Shown here in pieces: positions 13,301 to 25,300 of a stretch of DNA of 64,000 bases. Source of the DNA: Zootoca vivipara (Eukaryota); the NCBI RefSeq assembly GCF_963506605.1, contig NC_083286.1, positions 38,130,001 through 38,194,000 of the forward strand. Reading direction: 5' to 3'. Positions within the stretch are counted from its first letter, which is position 1. Every line of letters begins with the position of its first letter. Position numbers and translations under genes: made by a program. The notes below the pieces were generated by a model. The model was not told where the DNA came from. It did not search any database and saw only the letters and a program-made list of their open reading frames with translations.

Positions 13301-16300
13301 GCCTCCAGAAGTTTTAAAGAAATCAGGCTTAGCAGAGAAAAAAATTAAAAGACAAGCAAGATGTTTTTGCAAAAGTTTGGAAGGGAGGAATATAGGAATT
13401 GGGGGGTGGGGCTCAAACTGGCGCTAGACCATCTGTTTTGCTATGCTATACTGGACTATATTTTACAGTAATCTTTTGATACAAATGGTGGTGATAGTTA
13501 AGAGAGTTCATAGAAAATGAAGTGAGGTATATGCCAATGTTTGAAATTAAAAGCAAAAGTAGCAAGGTCATCAAGATACCACAGTAAGCAGTATGACACA
13601 AAATTATACAGTCATACCTTGGTTCTCGAATGGAATCTGTTCCAGAACTCTGTTCAACTTCTGAAAACATTCGAAAACCGAGGTGCGGCTTCCTGCAGGA
13701 GTTTCCTGCACTCAATTGGAAGCCGCAGAATCCGTGTCGGACATTTGGCTTCCCCAAAAAGTTGCAAACCAGAACATTTACTTCCGGGTTTGTGGCGTTC
13801 GAGAGCCAAGACGTTCGAGTCATGAGGCGTTCAAGAACCAAGGTACAACTGTACTCTGGGCCAATAAAACAAGGAACCACATCAAAGAACGTCCATTTGC
13901 AAGAACAGCTTCATCAGCACACGTATAGCTTGTTTTTGGTATATGAAGATACAAGCACCATGATCCGTGACTGTAGCCAGTACAGTCTGAAGAAGCAAAT
14001 AAGGCCCTTACCTGTCCTCACCTTGGTTGACTGCATTTAATTCTGCTACGTTGTACATAATAGAAGGTTCCAGTGACACCTTCTCCATGAACATTGGAGA
14101 GGTTGTGATATTCTGAATCTGAGCTTCCAAAAATACTTCATCTGTCTAAAAAAGCAGAGAAAATGCCTAAATGAAAAAAATAATCTCAACTGACAAAAAG
14201 CTCCAGCTTCTCAAGTGTTTGAAAAACATTAAACCACAAACGCAGTTAGTTCATGCCTGAAAATCAAAAGTAACAATCATTAAATGCGAGAAAAGTCTTT
14301 ATCCCAACAGAGAGCAGTAGAAGCAAAAATGTTAGTCAACTGGAATAGTGCTGAACAATGGATTTGGGAAAACTTTGTCATATTTTCCTATTCTAAGGTA
14401 GTGTCTATATGGCCTGGACTTGCAAGCTGAGCTCCAACGGTCCACATCAATTCAGATTTTCTTTTAAAAGGAAAGAGAAATAACGCTTTATAAATGTAAA
14501 ATGAGTGCAATGCACAACAGACACATGCCATGCCAGATTAATGATGCACCAGGCTGCATACAAAGAAAATATTGTTAATAGGTTGTTGTTTTTTAAGTGT
14601 ATGAACTGTTACAGGGGCTTAGAGGCATGCTACAAAAACTGTTCACATTGACCTAAGAACTGCTCTAGTCTCTGCTATAAACTTTCATAATGGCACAGAG
14701 CTTAATATTCTACTACCCCAACAACCTCATTTCTGGTTCTAAGACACCTAGTGTCCTTCCCATCTCAAGAATTAAAGAACTTGATGCAATTATCAATTGC
14801 ATGTCGTTTAAATGGGGACATGGTACAAACGTGATCTGTTTAAATGTCTCTGCAAGATCTCAGTCCTGCAAAGCAGTGTGACATATCTGGCAGTTCAAAG
14901 CTACAATCTAAACCTGCTGACAATCAAAGGGATGCCTGCAGGGAAGGAACGATGGGAGCCACTCGATCAAAGGCTCCAACATCATATCTGATTACAGGCA
15001 TGTGGAGGCCTGTGTAAAACGGAAAATCCCATCAAGAAAAAGGGGCATACTTTGTTTTTGTAACTGAAAACAGGATAGCCCCATACCTATTTTCCACTGT
15101 TTATCAAAAGTTGAGTTGGAACTGGATGTTGACTAGTGGTGGCAAACTGTAAAACAATTCCAGCCTCTCACATTCCTTGTTCTTTGGAGGGCAATCAAAA
15201 AGTAATGGGTAGGTCAGACATTAGCTTAGTTTTACAAGGTGGAGAAAGTCTCAGGCTCACATACTCCTCCTTCTCCCCCCAGCAGCTATCATTTCTGTTT
15301 TTGGCAAACCTGGACAAACAGTAGTTGATTATAACTATAGTTAGTGAAAGCAAGCCATAATTTGTGAAGCTAGCTCATTTCAGGCCGCCGTAAGATTAGC
15401 CACAGTTTAGAATATTGTCTGATTCTTAAACAGTGGTTAATCTAAAACAGAAATACTCCCTTTCAGGCTCTTTGCTGGGAGATCAGAAAACTTTTAGGTA
15501 AATTACCTATTAGACAAAATTCCTGGAGTCTCTTTTGCAGCGTAAAAATTCCTGTCAGTGGCTGAGAAGACCAGAAAGCAACAGGTGAATAAAGGTTTGG
15601 TCTTTATTGTCCTAGAAATTGTCTTTCTGGAGTTATCATGTTATGCTGATGTCACCTAACACTAGATATGTACTAGATATGTACTTTTGGTTAATTTTGG
15701 CCTATTGACTGTAAGGTAGTGCATGTTGTAAAATAGAAGCAGCAGCTTCTGGTCTTCTCAGATTAGAGGGAGGGGAGTATTATGTATTCAAGCAGAACAC
15801 CAATGACAAATAAAATTCCGTTATCTTGCTTTTAATAAAAAAAAAAACCTTAAGTACTATCATGTCTTCTAGCACTAGGGATTTAATATTTTTCTACTCT
15901 TCTGAAAGAATATCCCATAAATCCATTGCTTACGGTACTTCTTGTGTTTTCCAAATTTCCCATCAGTCTCTTTTAAAACAGCAACCACCAGAAATTTAGC
16001 AAGAGCCAAGTTGAGGGAAGAAAACAATACCAAGCAGCATAATGAAAAAGCAAGGTAGCTTACAATGATGCAGGGGTTGATTAGTCTCAATAGCATGATT
16101 CGATCAGAGCGCTTCACATTTCCTGAATTATTGTAGCACACACATTAAGATTTGAACTTAAATCACACTGCAATTACACCGTTAGAATCATTGCCACGTG
16201 CATTCATAAATTTGAAAAGAGTTTTAATAAACATATAAAGAAAGATGTGAACTATCTTGTCTCTCTCCTCCCATCCAGTGTCTTCACAAAAACAGCAGAT

Positions 16301-19300
16301 AACAGAGATGTTGCCATGATTTAATACGAAACAAGCCTACATGCAAGGCTCTGTGTACTTTTATACCACCAAACACAAGAAACACTAACAGGTAAAGACC
16401 ACTATACCAGGCATTCCAAATAGTGAAAAATATATAAATTACGTAAGGAAATTTGCACAATGCATTGGAAGGAAAATAGGCACTAGCAGAATTTTGTGAA
16501 GTGTTATACTAGTCAATTAAATGATTTTTAAAAAAATGCTTTTGAGGGCCATACCCTCAAGAATGGTCTTTCCCCATATAAACCTACTTGGGATTCTTAA
16601 GATAACCCAAGGTCCTTCTCTGTGTGCTCCCCTTTAAGAGATGCTAAGATGGTAGCAATTAGATAGCAGGTCTTTTCAATGGCAGCCTCCTGCTTGGACA
16701 ACACTCTCCCCTAGGAAGCTTGCATTTGATCTAGTAGGCTCTTCGCACATCATTGGAGGAGAGAAGATATTCTTGTTTACAACAGACAGTTGTGGATGTA
16801 CATGGTTAGCATGCAGTGTTGCCTGCTTAATGGATACATTTGCCATGTATTTTATTTTGCTTTGGTTATAAGTAAACTTGAGACTTCCTTAGCTGTGGAA
16901 GTGATGAACAAATCTAATACTGTACTAGGCTTGTGTAAGAGATTTTATAGCCATTGAAATTCATTTCACTTGTTCACATGACATTCTAATCTAGCCTGTA
17001 CTGTAAAAGCCCTTCTGGGAATGGAAAACACTTTCTGCATGCAGAAGGATAGACTGGCCTCCAACCCAATACCTTCAATTTAATGCAATTTCTTATACAA
17101 CTTTAATTATTATTATTATTCTTTGCATAACTCATTCTAGCTTTGTGAATCATCAGACAGGCCCAGAACTATGCCAGACCATGACACCCCACTCTAGTCA
17201 CTCATGATGAATAACACTTTCAGTATAAAAAACAACAGACCTCTGAATATGAGTTGCTGAGATTCACGGCTGGGAAAGTACTGTTATGCTCATGTCCTAC
17301 TTGGGGGCTTTTCATTGGCACCTGGCTGGCCACTGTGAGAACAGAATGCTGAACTTTAGTCTGGTCCAGCAGGGCTGTTCTTATGCAAATAAAATAAAAT
17401 AAATGTTTCATAAGATTTGCAGAAAACTGAATTTTTGCCCAATAAAACATGTTGTGGTTCTAACAGAAACTGCAACAAAATTAGCCCGGCCCATGTGCTT
17501 TTGTAGCCTCAGCAGTATGCCTCTAGGAATATCATTGTTGCTCTGTGACATCTGTTGACGTCAACAATTAATTTCCTAGTCATAGTAGTTTACTGAAATA
17601 TTTATTTAGTACAGAAGTCTGAACTGCAAAATACTGTTAAACAATGGATGCAAGGAGAGAGCGAGTATGGGGGGAAAGGGGAGAAAAGGGAAACAAGCCA
17701 ATATCTATGTGTACAAACATTGCTTTTCCATTATGTTTTCAAAAGGATGTTAGTAACAGGCAGAAAGACAAACAGAAGACAAGCATACATATTTATAAAT
17801 AATAAATAAAATTACCACAGAACTGAGGTCACTCTAATGGGAAAATAAAAAAGAAAACATTAGAGAAATTAGGGTTAAATGTTAAAGAAAAAAAGGAGGA
17901 CAACTAAGTTTCAAATAAAATGCATCTTTCTGCATTTTTTTGGTACTTTCTAAACAAGACAGCATTAGTAAGAGAGAAATGTAAACTGGCAATAAAAATA
18001 AAAGGCTCACTACTAAGAAATCTTATTTCTAAATAAGACCATGTCAGCATATGGTATAATGAAGAAATAAATTATGTGAAATGGCAAACACAGGCACAAT
18101 GAACACATTGGTAAACCAGTACATGCTCACAGAAGAATCCATTACTTGGCTGAATAATTCCATATTGGGGGGGGGGGGCGGACTGAGGACCCATTAATCT
18201 TACAAATATTCTCTTAATGCACAAAGTCTTAAATATAGGAAGAAAACCTGTTCACTGATGACTCTCGGGTTTTAAATTGAGCCAGTCTGCATATTAACTG
18301 CATGTATTTATATGTCATCCTATAACAAAAGCTCCCATTGTAATTAACAAGCTGCAAGGAAATTGAAAGCATCATTGGAAAAGGACAAGTGCTAAATGCA
18401 CCTCCCAATGAATTGCCTTTCTTCAAAAGCCTAATTCGGTACCATAACAACCTTTGCATTTATCAATCCCCCCACCCCCTTTATGCTAGGTATCTTTAAA
18501 TATTGTCTGGCCAACAACTCAGGGAATTACCAATCCCATCCCTGGCACAAGTGCACTTGAAGAGCATCTCCTGTCAGAGGCACTGTGCCTTTAAGACCCA
18601 AAGGTCTTTCTATAATTCATCAAGTTGCACCTATCTCAGGATGGAGATGCAGTGATGGGGAAATCTGCACCCGCTGCATTACTGTCACACAGACCTGATA
18701 AGCAATTCTACTCTGGCATATCACCTAGTATTAGTTTACTTAATATCAATAATGTCCGTTTTTAAATAAGATAGCTGCCTTTTTGACTAAATTTGAACCA
18801 CAAATTAATCCAGTTGATAATGAAACAAATGTGTTTTTTTAAATGGATTGTAACTAAATATGCAGCCACATTTTCCCCAAATGGTGATGGCAATGACAAA
18901 TGGATAGATTAAAGTGAAAAGGGGAGCAAAGGTGTAGATTTTTACTCACCTGTTTTCCTCACCCTCGGCCAGGAAAGAGGGCAAGATCATTATATTTGTC
19001 CAAAGCTGTAATAGCTAGGCAGCCATTTTCTATAGCTGGCATACAGAAATTTAATGCCAGAATCATAGAACTGTAGAGTTGGAAGGGAAACCAGGGGTCA
19101 CCCAGTTCTACCCCCTGCAATGCAGGAATCTCAACTAAAGCATCCCTGACAGAGGGCCATCCAAGCTCTGCTTAAAAACCTCCAAGGAAGGAGAGTCCAC
19201 CACTTTCTGATGGAGTCTATTCCACTGTTAGCATGCCCTTTGGGGTATTTTGTAGTTTCCTAGTAGCTTTTAACATACAATTTGGTTTAGTTTTTTTAAA

Positions 19301-22300
19301 AAAATAAATACTGTAAGTATAGTTAAACACATTCACTCCTTCACCTAGTTTTCAAACAATCCTTTCAGCTCTATTTTCCTAAGTTTATCTCCTCAGATTT
19401 TTGTCTTTTTCTATTTTGTGGCTATTCCAGCTAATAAAAAGTGCGTATGTTCAAACTGCCAACACATGTCAAATAATTCTAAAAGACAAAAGATTAATAA
19501 TATGTAGAAAGGAATTTAAAAATGTAGAAATTCCTTCTACATTTAATATGTAGAAATAATTTTAAAATGCTTCACCAGGTGAGAAAGTTCTGTTTATTTG
19601 TCTGGGTTAAACAGAACAGATACTTTCTGTTCCCAATATAACAAGTTTTCACTGTTCAGAATTTTGGACACCAAGCACTAAATACAATATTCTGCATTTA
19701 CCTCAGCATTGTAGAACTTTGTTTTCACATCTAGCGGTTTGAGGACCTGTTTGAAAAAAGAACAAATACTAAAGAGAGATTTATCAAACTCCTTCATCAA
19801 CACTAAGTACTACCTCCTTCTGAGTATGTATTTCAAAAGTAAAGTTGTTAACTTGAAGTGTTCCACTTGCGTAAGCAAACCCCAAAGTTTACTTCAGTGG
19901 AAGAATCCAGCTTACTCATCCCACTTTTTCTTTCCTATGTCTACAGAAACTTCCACATTTTGATCAGGTAAAAGGATTTTACAGCAGCATGGCAAAAAAC
20001 CTCTCCCACAAAAGTCATTTTTATACCATATATAGGTCATGATCAGACTCTTTAATATAATGATGCATTTCAAAATTAGCAGTTTTAATTTCCACACGTT
20101 TTAATCAAGAAATGCTGCTCTTTCCCGGCTTCTGCTGTTGGAAGGAAGTCAGCCAGTGGCAAATCAGCTGCAAGCAATTACACTATCAATTGCTGGCTAA
20201 GCTTTCTAATTAAAGGAGCCAAGCATATCAAGTATCAGATGTTATACGCGACAAATAAATAAAATATTTTCATTTGCATATCAGTGATTCTGACCCTGAA
20301 ATCAAGGCAGACTGCAAAAAGACTTAAATTATTGTTATTAAATAATTTGTTTGCATGCCACTTTAATGCACAGTTTCACCTTTAAATCACAGTGAAGTGT
20401 ATGGACATACTTGTGCATGCTGCTAAAAACAGAGGTGCTTTGCTCCTTCCCTGCTCCTGCCGGAAACGAGAGAGCAAGAGAGGAGAGGAGCACCTGCAGT
20501 TTCAGAAGCAAGCAGTAGCACTCTGCAACTTCACCTCTGGCACCATACTGAAATTTAGCTATGTTTTCAACAAGCGTCACCTGTGGAGTAGCTACTATTT
20601 AACTCTACGTTGGCTACTTGCCATATCTTCACAACTTTACCTTTGACAGCTGCGTGACAGGCAGAAATTCAGCAGATGCCACTACAGTGGTGCCTCGCTA
20701 GACGAATTTAATTCGTTCCACGGGTCTATTCTTATAACGAAAAATTTGTCTAGCGAATCCCATAGGAATGCATTGAATTTTTTTGATTTTTTTTTTTGCC
20801 CATAGGAACGCATTAATTGAATTTCAATGCATTCCCATGGGAAACCGGGATTCGCTAGACGAATTTTTCGTAAAATGAATTCATCTAGCGAGGCAACCTC
20901 CGCTAGAAAAATCCTTTCTTTAAGCGAAAATTTTGTCTTACGGGGCGTTTGTTAAGCGAGGCACCACTGTACCTTCATCTCTGCAAGTTCATGCAAGGAA
21001 AACTTCATGTATTCGTTTTTTGCCCATTATGTAGCTGTTAAAAGGCACAGGAACCCCATATCCTTATGATACTTGATTCCCCTATGTACAGACACCTCAC
21101 TCCTCAGAAGGTATTTTCTGTAACGCTGTTCTGGAGTTTCTACCCTAAAAGCCAAACTTCCAAATCAAAACTCTTCACGTGGTTATTTTTAAAGTTACCA
21201 GGACAGGACCCAGATAAGGTTCCCCACTTCTAAACTCTGTAAGGTATTGGCATCCCTGGTTTCTGCAGCTTTACCCATATCTACCTACCTACCTACCTAT
21301 CTATCATCGCTCATTCATTCATTCTGGATTAATTCCAATCTGTCTCTGACTTGGCTTATAGACAACTTGGTAGATGACCTATGCTAAGGAGTGGACTGAC
21401 ACGAGTATAGCCCTGTTGGTACTCTTCGACCTCTCAGTTGCTACTGATTCTATTGAACCTCTGGGGTTCAACTTGGGGGAGATGGTGCTATGATAGCTAT
21501 GGTCATTTCTAGAGGGATGGACCTAGAACAGGGTCCCCAAACTAAGGCCTCGGGGCCAGATGCGGCCCAATCGCCTTCTCAATCCAGCCTGCGGACGGTT
21601 CAGGAATCAGCATGTTTTTATATGAGTAGAATGTGTTCTTTTATTTAAAATGCATCTCTGGGTTATTTGTGGGGCATAGGAATTCATTCATTTTTTTTTT
21701 AATAGTCCGGCCCCCCACAAGGTCTAACGGACAGTGGACCAGCCCCCTGCTGAAAAAGTTTGCTGACCCCTGACCTAGAAGGTGCTGCTGGCGGGACTTC
21801 TAAGTCACATTACGGTACTAGCCTCTCTTGCACTTCACTTCGACACTGATGCGAACTAGTACTGACCAACCCAACATTAAAAGAAACCTTAACAACAACT
21901 GTACCACCACCACCCCATATAAATTATGGGAAAAGTTGCAAGCACGGGCAGCACAGAAGAGACAGAGAGATAGAAAAGGGTTAGATATCTTCTATCACAG
22001 TCAACACTGCCAGCTATGTCAGCTTAATACCTGAAATTTGAAGAACTTTCTGAAGTACATCTTCTCACCTGTCTGTGTGGTGTAGCTTACTGCACACACT
22101 AAGCTGAAAGAGACAAATGATTCAGTGGGGTTTAACTACTTTTCAGTCTTGCTTGTGTTTCCAGGTTGGGAGGAGAATGGGGAAATGGAGCAAATGATCC
22201 AAATTTGCAATTCATCTACTTCACAATTCTGAACACATTTGGCTTTTTTTTTTTACAGAATGGGAAAAACTAAATTAAGTTTACAGGTGGTTTTAGACTA

Positions 22301-25300
22301 CCAGAAGCATTTCTGTTAATGCAAGGCACCATTCCCCCTGGGACAAATTGCAGCCCTCTGTTGCCATATCCTATACTGTTCCAGGAGTTCCCCCAATCTT
22401 TCGAAAAGCTTTTTTGGAGTGTGGGAGACACAATGGAAAGGAGGGATTGTCAACAAGCAGGTGTCCTGCCTTTGGCAAGCTACCGTTAGATGCAACCCTA
22501 TGAAATGGGGGGAAAGTATAATGTGTCTTACATGTGTGTTCCTATTTCCTTTACTTCATGGTGTATTACATCATCGATACAACAGTCTTGTTTGAGTTCT
22601 GCCACTGCAGCACTAGAGGCTGAAAGGTTTAAACGCTGCGAACTTGTCTGTAGATCAGCCTTGGAATTAAGAACAAAAAAATTTCAATAAAAGAGAGGTT
22701 GAATTTTATTATTGAAAATAGTTCTTCATTGCTTTAACTGATTTTTACATTCCATCTTCCCCAAGCCATTCATTAAAAATCTGGGCACAGTCCACTGAGA
22801 AGATGTGATGCCCGAGCATCCCGAAGGCTTAACATGTAACTCGTAATGTTCTCTTGCACGATTGAGGTTGTACAGTAGAACTTTCCGTTGGACTATACTT
22901 GGAGAGGGTAAGAAAAGTGCAGAACAAACCTACTTTCAGACGGCCTCAAAAATATATAGCAAGCATAAATAATACGCCTTTACAATTTACCCTGTTACCA
23001 TTGTTTTTGTTCAAAGTTTCCTTCAACTAGAAAAACGTTAACTGATTAATTACCTTAAAAACACACTTAAAACTATTTGATAAGATCAAACATACCTTTA
23101 CCAAAATATCTTTTACCACTTGGTGACTGTCATTATGTACACTGATGTAGCTGGAAAATGTCTCTCCTAAGAATATATTTCTGTTCAAGAAGGGAGGAGA
23201 AAAGAGAACTGTTGAAACCATTGCTTTGAATGCATCTCTAAAATCTATTATTGCCCACTTTTAACAACAGCATGGACTTCTGTTATCGTACCATGAAAGC
23301 CATATCTATAGATTTCCTTTTTTGCATCTTCTAGCATTGATGATATTGCATGCACATGGCTCAAAACCTCTGAAGACAATCTTGTGGTTTCAGTACTTAA
23401 CATAGTGCCTAAGCACAGCAGAGTGTTGACAAGAACAAACAAAATGAAAATAAGTAAGCTAGTCTGAGCTAACTAAAGCACACAGCATGGATGTGTATAA
23501 GAGTATGTTGTGTAGATTTTAGAATGGGATTAGGCAGATTCATACGTGGAAGATAAGGATAACATGATGGCTATATGACACCTCCAGGTTCATAGGCAAT
23601 GCCACTGCCTGGGGAATCAAGAGTGGGAAAGAATTGTTGTGCTTACATTCTGCTTGCAGGCTTTCCATAGCTATCTGATCGGTCACGGTGGGAAAGGGGA
23701 TGGTGGACTAGATAGGTTTAGTCAAAAGCAGAAGGGCCGTTCTTATATTCAAAATCAGGGTCTGGTAGTTGCTAGCTTTACTTTTAACTCACCAACTCTG
23801 TTTAACAGTAAAGATCTCTTCATGCTTCATCCAATGACTGATTCAAAGTTAGAAACCAAAATAGATGGCTTCTTAACCCTGTAATGCAAGAGGCCCTTGG
23901 AAACAGTTTGTGGCCGGGGGGAATCAAGAATAATAATAGACTTTATCCATAGGAAGGACAAGGAAGATAGGCTTAGGCCACAGTCCAAAGAGCAAACAAA
24001 ATTTAAAAATTCCTTCCAGTAGCACCTTAGGGTAAAGGGAGCCCTGACCATTAGGTCCAGTCGCGGACGACTCTGGGGTTGCGGCACTCATCTTGCTTTA
24101 CTGGCCGAGGGAGCCAGCGCACAGCTTCCGGGTCATGTGGCCAGCGTGACTAAGCCGCTTCTGGCAAACCAGAGCAGCGCACGGAAACGCTGTTTACCTT
24201 CCCGACGGAGCGGTCCCTATTTATCTACTTGCACTTTGTGCTTTCGAACTGCTAGGTTGGCAGGAGCTGGGACCAAACAACGGGAGCTCATCCCGTTGCA
24301 GGGATTTGAACCAGCGACCTTCTGATTGGCAAGCCCTAGGCTCTGTGGTTTAATCCACAGCGCCACCTGCGTCACAACACCTTAGAGACCAACTAAGTTT
24401 GTCATTGGTCTCTAAGGTGCTACTGGAAGGAATTTTTTTATTTTGTTTTGACTACGGCAGACCAACATGGCTACCTACCTGTAACTACTCCTAAGTGCAT
24501 TCTAAGTTGGAAGCAAGTACAACTGAAACCGTTGGTATTTACAACATTAAGACAGTTCTGCACAGGACTAGAGATCCTAAAACAATTATCTCAACCAATC
24601 TACACATCTATATACAATTCTTACCCAAAATTCTGAGGCAAAGTCAACATTTCCCCAAGCATTAATGTTTCTGCTCCTTTTACTGTGGAAGGATCATCTT
24701 TCATTAACTGGTTAAACAGATCTCCTGCAGTAATATAAAATTATATGTCGGGTCAACCATATTGATATTTCTATATGAACTAATTAAATATTTTAATTGA
24801 TTAGCTGCTGGCTTTTAACTTATTTTAATATATTTTCATCTGAACATACGATTGAAAATAAATGTGAAGTGTCATTCCTGTTAGAAGGAAAGGACATTTA
24901 ATCTTTTTGCCATACTAAATGGCAGAGTTCTAAACAAGCAGCTCTATTTTTTAAAAAACAAACAAACAATAAAACCTTCAACAGTAATTTATCTGCTATC
25001 TTTGGAAGGAAAAGTGACCCAGAAACGTCTTGGCAAACGTTGGCTCCAGTTCTCATGAATTCTTGCAAGACCTGCTAGCTGAGATCTTCTGATTTTTGTT
25101 GTTTTGAAAGCCTATCATTTCATGTATTTGTCTCTCAGTTCTATGGGGTGTTGCTGGGAAAGCATTCCATGTGACCACACATGGCAATAAATGAAACAAT
25201 GCCAAAAAAAGGGGGGGAAAGAAATTTTAAGTTTCTGTACTCTGGTTTGAAAAAGAAGGGATCTGAAATGTCCATGTGCTCCGCATAGTGGCGAACTTCA

